Shown here piece after piece: positions 28,780-41,170 of a stretch of 64,000 nucleotides of DNA; the first letter of the stretch is position 1, and each line of letters opens with the position of its first letter. The stretch spans positions 73,532,001 through 73,596,000 of the forward strand of contig OX597814.1 of assembly GCA_951406725.2 (NCBI GenBank), given 5' to 3'. The position numbers and the translations under genes were made by a program. The notes beneath the pieces are model-generated. The model did not search any database. It had not been told where the DNA came from and saw only the letters and a program-made list of their open reading frames with translations. This DNA comes from Octopus vulgaris. Lineage: Eukaryota.

Positions 28780-29079
28780 ATGTGTGTGTTTATGTATGTG
28801 TGTGTATGAATGTGTCCCTATTATACTGTCCGCTAAATCCATATTATGGCTTAAAGTACATATCTAAATGAATATCAAAGTTGGGTTTCTCGCTACATGC
28901 CTCTCTGTCTCACTCCTCCGATCGCTCCATGCGCACGCGCGCGTATGTATACTCACTATAACTGGGTTGATTAAGGGAAAGCTCTTTGCAACTATACATG
29001 AATATACATAAGTTAAAAAAAATGAGTTATTTTATTCAACGTTCTATATAATAGTCGCCTTGTTTTGTGATAAAGTACT

Positions 29080-29900
29080 AATAGCGTTGTACGAATGCAT
29101 ATATGTAGTTATATTCGGAGGAAATTGGACTTGTAATAGAGATCTGGGGCTAGATATGCGTCTTGGTGTTTGGAGATATTTGAACATATCATAGGGAGTT
29201 GGAGGGTTGGAATGTACTGTTGCAACTGAAAGTGCTCGTCAAGAGACTAGGAGTCTTTCATTTTGAGAATTGTACACTCAAATTATACGCAGTGTGCCTT
29301 TTCTTCACCTTTGTTGTTTGTTAATAGTTTCTCGCAATGATTTTGGGGCCTACATAGGAATGTATTAATCAATGATGATGTATTACATTGTTTTGTATTG
29401 ATCTTTCTGCCCTTAGTTCGAATTCCACAGAGGTGTTGGTCTTTAAAGAATCTTGCTTATTCTTTTTCATTTCATTATTTCATTATTATTTTTTACTGTT
29501 ATTTAACAGAAATTAGGAGTGATACTCATGGTCTAAGTAGAAGGTTTGCATCTTGAGTATTGTGATTTGTCTTTTCCCCCCAATTTTTGCGTTTGTGCTT
29601 AATTTTGGGAAAAGGTTTGATGTGTTTATATGATGTATGGCACTGGTAGTTGTTATGTTGTGTAATGGAAGTATGGTTGTAAAGAGTTTAGTGACTAATT
29701 ATGCCAGAAACAAATGTTTAGAAGATCCAGCTTTCTTTGGTTTATTTTCTTTGTCATTTCTTATTTCAGCTGTATGATGCTAGGTTTTGTTCCCGTTACC
29801 TTCTTTCTGGGGTTGCTGTCTAAGGTTATCCTTAGTCCCATCCACAATGACAATTTATGGCTTGTAATTTGGGTTATATTTTCACATTGCTTTGTGGGGG
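29080..29900 (-). mobile_element. Decayed Penelope-like element (post-RT linker / GIY-YIG region)
   Basis: Minus-strand remnants RP.KSLRKLLTN (RQPKSL..LLT) and STFSCNST; strong strand skew. Confidence 0.45.
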
Positions 29901-30179
29901 ACACACACACACTTACACAGTAACATATCTATGTATGTATTTATGTATGTATGTATGTATGTATGTATGTATGTATGTATGTATGTATTTGTGTATAAAT
30001 GTAACCACACGTGTCCACGTGTATAGGTACGCACTGATCTATACGCACTCAAACGTCTACGTGTGTATAGATCATGGTGTACCTATACACACGGACACGT
30101 GTGGGTACATATATGCATAAATACATAGATATTCGACTGTGTACGTGTATGTGTGTGTGTGTGTATGTGTGTGTACAGT

Positions 30180-33100
30180 GATGGATTCGAGGGTTTCGGT
30201 TATTTATGAAATGATTTCGCCAAACCAGCAGGAGAAGAGTGGGAAAAGGTGAGTAACTGGCGCCTTCAAATAACCGTGTATGTTGTATTCGTTAGCCTTG
30301 GATGGCAAGCAGCCTAGGAGAAGGAACACTCTGAGTTCGAAACGTGGGGATCTAGGGCCTTGCTACCTTGGCAGACTACCTTGATAGAGATGGTGTCCCG
30401 AGTTACAATGCCAAGCAAAATAAATGACGATGACGGTGTGAAGGGGACTGCAACCAATGGTGAAGGTGCCACAAGCGACAAGTGTTCCACTGTGTAGTAG
30501 AGTGGGCCCGGTCGTAATCCAGCAACTGCTATCCATACTACAAGACATAAGTGGATTAAACAAGTAAACATGATGGCTATGGAGTGTTACTACCGGAGCA
30601 CTTCAGAAAACGAATGCACAGTGAATGGATGGCAATGGAACTGTTCGAAATTATTGAACAGAGATTGTGTGACCAAGCAAGATCAATACGAAGGATTGGA
30701 TGGTTAACAGTATTGGAGCTAGAAGCTATTAAAAGAAGGATATCGGGTGAGGCTGGGCATGCGAGAAATGAAAGACGGATAGAAGAGGAAATAAACAACC
30801 GTGGCGGAAGAGGAGAATTTCTGAAATGAACAATTGTTCGAAAGAATATATACCGTGAATTGTGAAAGAATTGAGATCGGTGACTACTCAAACAATGAAT
30901 ATCGATTAATAATAGACAGAATTTTGGATCTATTAAATACAGAAGGGACAGAATTTATGTACGACTTTAAGAAGGCTAACCAATGGAAGCTAAATCAGGA
31001 GGCGAATAAGGTCAATAATTTACTGAGACACGTTGAAACAAAGAACATCACACAAACAAATAATCTTATCAAGGCTGCTAGTAGGATTGTGGCAGAAAGG
31101 ATAGGACTGAGAACTACTGAGAACAGAACAGCGACGGATAGACGAGAAAATAAACAACCGTGATGGAAGAGGAGAATTTCAGAAGATATGAACTCCTTGA
31201 ACAGTGTAGCGTCAATACTTGCCAGGAAAAGAAATGGAGAACTTCAGAATGAATGGAAATTCGAAAATGTTAGGAAGAAGTATGGTGTAGATACAAAAGG
31301 CCTGAATGTTGTAGTTGAAGAACTGAAGCAGCGCATACATGCAAAAGAAGCAAAGCTAACTAGGTTTGAACAACGGATTAAGTAATGCCAGCAAAACAGA
31401 TTGTTGTAAAATCAGCGAAATTTTATAGAACCGACCAGGAAAGATTTTACCAAGAGATTAATGACGATAAAAAACGTGAAAGATTAGTCCCTAATGCTGA
31501 TGAAAGTCGATTTAGCTGGGGTAAGATATGAGGTAAGCAAGAACAACATAAGTCTACATGTGAATGTCTCTACAGACTGAAGCAAACAGCTTCTTATCCC
31601 CGACAAGAAGCTATCCACTTCACAGAAGACATTATCAGAAATATGAGTCAAAAGATAAGCAATTGGACAGCTGCGGGACCTGATGGTGTACAGGAATTTG
31701 GGATACAAAAATTCAGTATTTAACATAAATTGATCGCAGAGCAATTTAATGCATTATCAATGGAGGAAAAAAATCCGGGCTGGTTGACGAACGGTTTTGT
31801 GTCTGAAGGATGCATCAAACGGAAATGCTGCTGACAATTACAGACCAATCTCCTGCCTCCCATTAAAGTGGAAGTTATTGTCAGGAGGAATTGCAGAAGA
31901 ACTGCAAAAATTTCTTGATGAGAATGATATATTACTGCCGGAACAAAAAGGCTGCAGAAGGAGATACAGAGGTGCGAAAGATCAACTATTGATAGACATA
32001 ATGATAATGCAAGATTGTAAACGAAGGAGAACAAATCTGGGAATGGTCTGGATTAACTATCGCAAACTTGTGATATGATTTCACATTCGTGGATCATCAA
32101 ATGCTTAGATCTGTTTGGAATTGCGAGGAATATAATGTGTTTCCTAAAGGGAAGTATGGTGGGATGGAAAACTGAACTGACATCTTATGGATAAAGGTTG
32201 GGTACCCTGGGTATCAGAATAGGGATTTTCCAGGCTGATAGCCTATCTCCGTTGCTTTTCATACTCTGCATGATACCCCTAACCGTGATACTTAGGAAAA
32301 TGAACCTGGGGTACCAACTAAAGGGAAAATCCCAAACAGTCAACCACCTCCTCTTCATGGATGATTTGAAACTGTATGGCGAACACGAGACACAAATGAT
32401 TTCTTAGTGAACACGGTCCACTGTTTTAGTACGATATTGGAATAGTGCGGAATAATCTGCCTAAAAAGAGACAAAGTACAGTGCCTAGCACGGATAGAAT
32501 TACCGAATATAGACTTGATTAAGCAAATTGAAACGAAAGGATGCAAATACCTCGGTGTACTAAAGTTCAACTAGATAATGGAGAATAAAATGAAAGAGGA
32601 ACTGAGGATGGAGTATTTCCGATAGGTGAGGTTGGTCTTGCACTCAAAAGTGACTGGATAAAATAAAATCCAAACAGTTAATACGTGGGTGATAGCATCA
32701 CTTCTGTATGGAGCGGGAGTTATAAAATGGCAAAAGAAAGAAATGAAGAAAATGGATACCAAGACCAGAAAAATGTTGACAGCATACGGATCCTTCCACC
32801 CTAATAGTGACACCGATAGGCTGTACTTGTCCAAAAGAAAGGGTGGTAGAGGTTTGAGCAGTTGCGAGGACTGTATCGAAGCAGAGGAAAACAGCTTAGG
32901 GTGGTATAGAAAAAATGCTGTGGAGCCACTGTGAAACACATGAAGAAGTCCAGCATCATGAAAACTGACAACTGTGTAACTAAAGAAAATTTTAAACAAG
33001 AAATGAACAAAAAGAAACAAAAACGAAAAAGCATGGAAGGAAAAGAAAATGTACGGTCAGTTTGCAAGAGATGTGAACGCCAAGACAGATATAGAGGACC

Positions 33101-33847
33101 GGTGGCTATGGATGAGGAGGAGTGACCTGAAGATAGAGATAGAAGCACTCATATGCGGAGCTCAGGAACAAATGCTAAGGACCAATTATATGAAGCGCAG
33201 TATAGACAACACTATCGATATCGACAAATGTAGAATGTGTGGTGAGAGGGTTGAAACGGCATGGCACATGTGAATGCCCGAAATTGGCACAACACGAATA
33301 CAAAAGACGCTATGACAATGGGGTAAGAATGATCCATTGGGAGCTCTGTGGAAATCATGGCCTACAAAGAGCAAAGACGTGGCATGAGAAAATTCCAGAA
33401 AATGAGAATTGCAAAATCCAGTGCGATCACCTGACCAGACGTCGGAAACTGGACATTGTTGTGGTGAGTAAAAAAGAGAGAACATGTATGATAATCGACA
33501 TAGCATGCGCCAGTGACAACAGGATCAATGTGAAAGAAGAAACAATAAACAACTATGATGATTTGAAGTGGAATATACAAAGTTTTGGTCACTGAAGAGA
33601 GTATACATGATACCAATAGTAATTAGTGCACTTGGAAGTATCAGCACACAACTACCAACATGGCTGAAAAAGATCGGTGCAAGTGTGAAGGTAGAACACC
33701 TACAAAAATCAGCATTGCTTGGAACTGCAAGAATTCTTCTCAGGGTTCTTGAAATATGTCCAGTAAACAGGTGTCACCTTAGTCTGCTGGCTGTGGACCC
33801 AGCAAAATAAGCTGTTTTCATATAATGATAATAATCATAATAATAAT
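30180..33847 (+). mobile_element. Near full-length, decayed R4/Dong-like non-LTR retrotransposon (RT + CCHC + RLE)
   Basis: EQRLCDQARSIRRIGWL; NYRPISCLP; EQKG; GIFQADSLSPLLF; HLLFMDDLKLYG; GGRGL; CRMCGERVETAWH...CP; LDIVV...IIDIAC; IPIVISALG; (TAA)n tail; multiple stops and frameshifts. Confidence 0.92.
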
Positions 33848-34238
33848 GTGTGGAAGCACTCCGTCGGTTACGACGACGAGGGTTCCGGTTGATCCGAATC
33901 AACGGAACAGCCTGCTCGTGAAATTAACGTGTAAGTGGCTGAGCACTCCACAGACACGTGTACCCTTAACGTAGTTCTCGGGGATATTCAGCGTGACACA
34001 GAGAGTGACAAGGCCGGCCCTTTGAAGTACAGGTACAACAGAAACAGGAAGTAAGAGTGAGAGAAAGTTGTGGTGAAAGAGTACAGCAGGGATCACCACC
34101 ATCCCCTGCCAGAGCGTCGTGGAGCTTTTAGGTGTTTTCGCTCAATAAACACCCACAACGCCCGGTCTGGGAATCGAAACCGCGATCCTATGACAGCGAG
34201 TCCGCTGCCCTAACCACTGGGCCATTGCGACTCCACTC
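33848..34238 (-). mobile_element. tRNA-derived SINE family D
   Basis: Minus head ggcccagtggttagggcagcggactcgctgtcataggatcgcggtttcgattcccagaccgg (A and B boxes, tRNA-like), GC-rich body, flanked by (TAA)n. Confidence 0.85.
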
Positions 34239-34254
34239 ATAATAATAATAATAA

Positions 34255-34316
<62 letters not shown>

Positions 34317-34317
34317 A

Positions 34318-34755
34318 AAGATGTGCTACAGCAAATAATCTGCTCAATACCCCGGATTTGCTTGTCAACTAGTTGAGCATGTCCCTTAGTGGCTGACGAT
34401 GTGTGCATCTCTGATCTTGAACAGAAGTAGTGAGTGAGCATCATAGCCGTGTGTTAAAAGGAAGTCTTAGAGGTTTGGATACTTCACCTTTGGAAACATC
34501 CTCAAACAATCCTTATTCGGGGACCTTTTGAGCAGGATGGGCTACTCGATCAGAAGAAAATTCTAACTGGGCCCCACCTGCAAGGTTATGCGCTGTTTAT
34601 CTTGATATGAGATCACAATGCCGCGCACATATGGTTGTGATGCATGTGCCTGGTGTATCCTTATCAGACGGGTAGTCATGATGGGTATACTGGGCTTCGC
34701 ATATTTTACCCCAGTGTTACTATGATGACATGCACTGCTCTCTCACTCAATAACG
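34318..34755 (+). mobile_element. Dispersed ~440-bp repeat family E, copy 1, ending in (AAT/AAC)n
   Basis: Colinear with 35365-35822 (aaata.tctgctcaatac...cactgctctctcactc). Confidence 0.8.
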
Positions 34756-34775
34756 ATAATAATAATAACAATAAT

Positions 34776-34823
<48 letters not shown>

Positions 34824-35049
34824 AATAATAATAATAATAATAGAGCATTATCGCTGTGAAAACAACATCCATTCATGAATTTATTTATTTATTAACTTTT
34901 TTAAATGCATATTTTACCTGTGGATTTCCGTGTGTAATCTGAGTATGCATACAATAAGCTTCTCTGCCCTAGGTGTACGGAAAACACTCGGCGAGAAATG
35001 GAAGAAAATTTGAAGAAAGATGGAAAAATAATAATAATAATTTTAAAAA

Positions 35050-35194
35050 ACGAAAGAACATGCATGATAATCGACATAGCGTGTCCGGGTGACAACAGGA
35101 TCAAAGTGAAAAAAGAAGAATAGAACAATTACGACGATTTGAAGTGGGAAATACGAAAGTTGTGCTTAATGACGATGACGGTGTGAAGGGGACT
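35050..35194 (+). mobile_element. RLE-domain fragment of the same R4-like LINE family, fused to a piece of its 5' region
   Basis: agaacatgcatgataatcgacatagc...gatttgaagtgg matches 33480-33571; 35168-35194 = 30423-30449. Confidence 0.8.
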
Positions 35195-35350
35195 ACGACG
35201 GGCTTCTTTCAGTTTCCGTTTACCAAATCCACTCACAAGGCTTTGGTTGACCCGAGGCTATAGTAGAAGACAGTTGCCCAAGGTGCCACGCATTGAGACT
35301 GAACCCGGAACCATGTGGTTCGTAAGCAATCTACTTATCACACAGCTACA
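35195..35350 (-). mobile_element. SINE family C copy
   Basis: Reverse complement of 58725-58884. Confidence 0.85.
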
Positions 35351-35364
35351 TTTTGTCTTGGTAT

Positions 35365-35822
35365 AAAGGATGGGCTGCAGGAAATATTCTGCTCAATACC
35401 ACAGATTTGCTTGTCACTTGCTCGACCATAACCAGTTGAGCATGTCTCTTAGTAGCTGATGATATGTGCTTCTCTGATCATGAGCAGAAGTAGTGGGGGT
35501 GCATCATAGCCATGTACTGGGAGGAATTATTTGGAATTTGAATAATTCACCTCTGGAAACATGGGTGTTTCATTCATCATCCTCAAACAATCTTTATTCA
35601 AGAAACTTTTGAGCAGGATGGGCTACTCGGCCTGGAGAAAATTCTAACTGGACCCCACCTGCAAGGCCATGCGTTGTTTATCTCGATATGAGATCACCAT
35701 GTTGCGCACATATGGTTGTGATGCATGTACCTGGTATACCCTTATCAGATGGGTAGTTATGATTCGTGTATTTGTACCCCAGTCTCACTTCGAGGGCATG
35801 CACTGCTCTCTCACTCGATAGT
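35365..35822 (+). mobile_element. Dispersed repeat family E, copy 2
   Basis: Colinear with 34318-34755. Confidence 0.8.
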
Positions 35823-35839
35823 AATAAAAATAATAGAAA

Positions 35840-36225
35840 ATACATGACAACCTTGGGAGAATAATACACATGGAGTTATGTAGGAAACTAAGGTTTGATC
35901 AAATAGTATGAATATAAATCTAGTAAAACGTTAGAAAAAAAGAAATATAAAATGTGTGATTTTGATATTCAGACTGACAGAGTAATAGAAGCTAGCAGGC
36001 CTGATTTAGTAGTAGTAGACAAAGAGAATAGAAAATGCCAGGCATTTGACTTTACAGTCCCAAATGATGAGAAAGTAAATATGAGAGGTATAGAGAAAAC
36101 AGCAAAGCCATAGAAATGCAGAGGCTATGGAAAGTGCGAACAAAATGTATCCCTGTAGCTATAGGCGCATTAGGAACAATCCCAAAAGATTTGGACAGAT
36201 GGAGAGAAGAAATAGGTACAATAAC
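35840..36225 (+). mobile_element. RLE-domain fragment of another R4-like LINE
   Basis: DFDIQTDRVIEASRPDLVVVDKENRKC and EMQRLWKVRTKCIPVAIGALGTIPK. Confidence 0.85.
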
Positions 36226-36934
36226 AACAACTACAACAACAACAATAATAATAATAACAACAACTATTATTATTATGTTGAGATGCAAAAGACACATCAT
36301 GAGTGGAACCCTAGTCCGTTCTTGATTGTTTACAGCCGTTGACTCAAACTTTAGCAGCACAGAAAGCAAATACTGTGCTAATATACCAAAGGAGACCGTT
36401 TTAATTTTCAAGTACAAATGTGCCACTTGGGAAAAAGCTTATTTATAACATTGGTGGCATTCAATTTTCCATGTCACACTCCCTTAAGAGCAGTGATCAT
36501 CATCCAACTCGTTCGACTGATTTTATGAATATATATGCAGTCGTCTTTTTAGGATCTAATACATACAACAATTAAATTTATTGATAAAAAATGGCATGCA
36601 AAATATAGCGCTTACTCTCTTTTGTTTCTTTTCGAAAATGTTACATTTGTAATCACGCTTTAAAAGTACATTCATACGTGTTTACTACGTTTGTCGCCAC
36701 TCACATGAGTATCATACACACACACACACACACACGCACGCACGCACGTACGCACGCACGCACGCACGTACGCACACACGCACGCACGTAGTACGTATGT
36801 ATGTACATACAAGAATGATATATCTTAAGCATAAACGTACATAGAAACATACATGCGTGTATGTGTGTATATATATTCACATATATATTCATATATATAT
36901 ATACATATATACATGCATTTCCTTTCTCCCCTCT

Positions 36935-36973
<39 letters not shown>

Positions 36974-38291
36974 TACACACACGCGCACGCACACATACAC
37001 ACACACACACACAAACAATGCTCGCTCTTTCACTTTTACTTCCTAGTTTGCATCCCAAATTACAGGAAGTCTTTCTTTGCTTGTTATTTTTATCTGTGAT
37101 AAAAATGTTTAACAATTTAAATGTAATCTCATCTTAGGAGGAGCTCGACATAGCATTACAGTCACCGACCGCCACTAAGTAAATAAAATATTGTGTTTAT
37201 GCCAATAGAGAATCATCAACAGAAACTTTATATGATCTGTTTGAGGGCGAATTTTAAGAGACTACGGGAAATAGCAACATAATGACATTGGAAAAAAATA
37301 TTTACAGTGCCAATTAACTTAACTTATTCGGTAAATATTTCTTTAAAAATCATGAAAAACTATTCTAAATGAATTATTCATGCATGCAGTATATTCTAGC
37401 CAGTTTGCCTCACATTTACCTTCTTGCATACTTCCTAAACATTAATTAGAACGGAACAAAATTGTCGCATTGTAAGTAACGGATTTGTTGCGATTCAACA
37501 TTTTTTTTTTATCTACAGCATTGAGTTGTAAATAGACCAGTTTCGTTTTTTGTTTGTCATACTTCAAGAATATTATAATTTTCTCTCTGGTAAGGAAATA
37601 GGTGACTACCGGTTGAAAAGGAAGTAGGTTAACTGTCGTACCCATAACGCAATGAGAAATCTAGGCTTTGCCACAGCTGAAACAAATGAAGAAGTAGGAG
37701 TGCTTGATTTAGTTTGGTTGCAGTGGCGTCATTAGCATAATTGTTACAAGTACTAATTTCTTGCTTAAGAGTATGTAGCACTTGTGTTTTGTGTAAAGAA
37801 AACAATATCCATATTATTCTAACAAGTAAATGCATTTTCGAATTTTCGATAAGTATTAATTCTTCAAAGGGATAACATTTTGGTACATTAGAGACTACGT
37901 CTTATTTCAGCATAGAAACATCTAAAGATGTCTATAAATACTCTTGTCTTGATTTAATAGGGGAAACTTCAAGACGTCGACCAGAAATAAATTTCGGTTT
38001 TGTAGGGATTTACCTTTTTTTTTTTGTCCCTTTTTCACTTATTTAACAAGTTAGCAACTTATATCTTGGAAAGGAATCTGATCAGAGTCTTAACTTATTA
38101 AAAATGTAGCTCTTATTCTACAACCAATATATTTACCTAGATATGTTACAATTAATTGATCTTTTGTAATATTTATCCTTATAGAGTCTTCTTTTCCACC
38201 AGATCAGCTCCTATATAAGTATGGAGTAGCGCTAAATAACACCAATACATATTAAATTTGATACTCGATTATTTTAATTAATATTTTATTA

Positions 38292-40468
38292 TAGTCATTT
38301 TCATACGTTTGTCATTCAATTTGATAATCGGGTCATTCAAAGTCGCGAAAAAATCTAACCCCTTGACGTTAGTCATTCAAATTCCTTTTTCGATCATTCA
38401 ATTTCGCACTTCGGTCAAAGAATTTAGCTTTTACACCATTCAAATTAAAATGCCCGTCGAGAGTATTCAAATAAGTCGGAATGAGAGGAAGCGTCTTTTC
38501 GAGCATTCAAATTCGCACGTGAGCATTCGAGTTCGGAATAAGTTTATTCAATTTAGCACTAATTTTATATGTGTGTTCTTACTCACATTCTTAGAAATGA
38601 ATATTAAAAATGATAAATTTAAATGACGTGTTTTGTCATGCAAATTTTATCATGTTGTTATAGCTACAAGGAAGAAATGAATTTCGTGATTCTTCTGTCC
38701 ACGAAAATCTTTTTCATTGCAACATTCGTAACCGGTCGGTATCAGTTGTATTTAAATGACGTCCCTTTCTCTTACAGCAACTTGTAATCATCGAGCTACA
38801 CGTAAGGTAGATGCGTATATCGGACGCAGAAAAGGCAAAGCTAGCTGATGCCTTCGAGGGGCATCAAACCGATTACCTGCAACTAGCAGATACACTTGGC
38901 ATTAAAAGGAGCACTGCTCGATCCATAGTAGCAACCTACCGATGGCCTGGGAAGCACCACAAGTTACCCGGAAGTGGTGCCCACCACATTATGGTTGATG
39001 AGGAAATGCGAACCGGGCTTCAGGTGATTATTGATGCCAACCCACTCGCAACCCGTCAACAGATGAAGAGGGACTTAGAGTAAGCATTACCCGGAAAGCC
39101 ACCTGTTTCTGTGTCTGCAATCTCACGAGCTCTAGATGGGATGTTGATAACTATGAAGTTGGCCGAAGACGTCTCAGATGCAAGAAATGCCTCAAGAACT
39201 CTGTAAAAGCGTTATGAGTACTCGCATTGGTTCATGGAAGAGGGTCATTGCGCATTCATTGATGAATGTGGGTATAATATTTGGACCAGGTGGTCTTTGG
39301 ACGAGCCCATTGAGGCGTTCCTGTTCGCCGAGTTGTTAACAGTTAGCGTGGGAAAAACTGCAACGTCACTTTCGCGGTGTCGGAAGAAATCGGCCTGGTT
39401 CACCTCTCCATTGCGAACGATACCGTTACATGAAACTCTTTCGAGGAGTTCTTGGCGGAGACAGTCCGAGCATGTGCCGACATGTTCCCAGCGGATGTAT
39501 CCGTCTACTTGATCTACAACAACACGCGGCCACTCGTTCGTGCCGAGCTCCCAGCTGACGCCGACCAACGGATCAGTCTGAAACTCCTACTTCCCAACTC
39601 GCTGTTTCTTAATTGTACAGAAATGGCGCATTCTGCCTTTAAGGCGGCTGTCAAGTGGGGCCTCGCTCGAGCTGAGTTGCAGCAAGGTGTTGGTGACCGG
39701 GCAGCTGCTGAAGAAGCACGTTATACAACGGGTCACAAAGTGTAACATCCATGCTATCACTCCAGAAGATTGTGTTCGTTGGTATAGACACACCCAGACT
39801 TACCTTCCGAGATGCCTCGACCGCCAGGAAATAGACGGCTAAATCCTCTCAAATGAACTCTCCTTATCAAGACTGTAAATCAATAATTACCTTAGTGTAC
39901 ATAACACTCTTTCCCCGATGAAAGAAAAAATCCAAAATTCAAAGAAATATATACTTTTCCCAAAAAGATATATTAAACAACATAATGTATTCAAAATCAA
40001 AGAAAATGAGCATTTGTTGTAATTGTGAGTTTCTTTAAAAATATTGAAAATGCTGGAGTGCGATTAATAAATACATGTACCTATGCAAAAATAAAAGAAT
40101 ACATAGGAAAGACATGGACACGATAGAGTGCTTAAAGCATAAACAATGGATGAAAACACATGATTATGATAACAAATGTCATGTGATAAAACCAAAACAG
40201 CTATCATTCTAATTTGATTGCACGAAGTGTGAGATTGTCCCGAAACGAATTTGAATGCTCGAAAAGACGTTTCCTCTCATTCCGACTTACTTGAATGTTC
40301 TCGACGGGCATTTTAATTTGCATGATGTAAATGCTAAATTCTTTGACCGAAGTGCGAAATTGAATGATTGAAAAACGAATTTGAATGACTAACTTCATGG
40401 CGCTAATTATTTTGCGACTTTGAATGACCTGATTATCTAATTGAACGACAAATGTACGAAAATGACTG
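38292..40468 (+). mobile_element. IS630/Tc1-superfamily DNA transposon, full length (2177 bp), ~224-bp TIRs, TA target duplication
   Basis: TIRs 38292-38515 / 40246-40468; TA on both flanks; disrupted transposase inside. Confidence 0.93.
38811..39842 (+). pseudogene. IS630-like DDE transposase with stops and frameshifts
   Basis: HTH (LADTLGIKRSTARSIV), VSVSAISRAL, FIDECGYN, LIYNNTRP (D>N), LPNSLFLNCTE (LPPYSPxLNPxE), W..H...YLPRCL. Confidence 0.88.
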
Positions 40469-40734
40469 TAAAAAACCTATATTATTTAGTTTATTCTTTG
40501 AGGAGTTTTTCAGAGGTTCCTCTAATCATCTCGGTTCTCCATATAACTTGCAAGCCTGCTAGTGGTTTTCACTCCTACATTTTTTTTTCAGCATTTCTAT
40601 TTATGTTAGTATGGAACTTTGACACACACGTGTTTTCTCCAGTAGCACCAGCTGCCTGGAAGTTCCCAGTGTCCCTGGCAGTGACTGGCTAATCTTATTC
40701 TTGTCATTGCTATTATGTCACTTAACCCTAGTAA

Positions 40735-41170
40735 CCCACTATACTAATGTTTCTTGCTACAGTGCTCTTTCTGTTTGGTATTAAGTACTGTACATAGCAT
40801 TCTGGTGGAGTACCCGCCTGGAGATGTCTTCTGGAAAAGCTTTGGCGTCAAGCATTCGTGGTCATAAAATAGAACAGTCTCTAAAGTTGCAAGTGGAGTT
40901 CCACACACACTGGTTTTGCCAGTCAGAGCTTTCAATGCACATGTCCACTTCACTTTGATGTTTTGCTCTTACGAGTTGTCTGATGATTGCAGGTATTTGA
41001 AGGTTTTGACTTCCTTCAAGGCAGTGCTTCCCTTTGCTATTTGTGAAGGATGATCCGGGACGATTTTATAGATGATGACATCTGTTATTTAGCCTAAAAT
41101 CTTCAGAGCCCCCATGCTTATTTCACGTGGTCAGACATCAGGCTGGTACTATCTGCATATTTCAAGTCCG
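40735..41170 (-). mobile_element. Old RTE-like LINE remnant
   Basis: EVKTFKYL, ATLETVLFYDHE, GYSTRMLCTVLN resemble the RTE post-RT region. Confidence 0.6.

Noticed and set aside
30180-30420. HDV-like ribozyme at the 5' end of the R4-like LINE
   Set aside because: Plausible for RLE LINEs, but the nested double pseudoknot could not be established by eye
34170-34238. tRNA-like sequences (also 7905, 58718)
   Set aside because: SINE heads fused to multi-copy bodies; no complete cloverleaf plus terminator
38309-40398. Similar ORFs 38309-38626 (+) and 40204-40398 (-)
   Set aside because: Translations of the transposon TIRs
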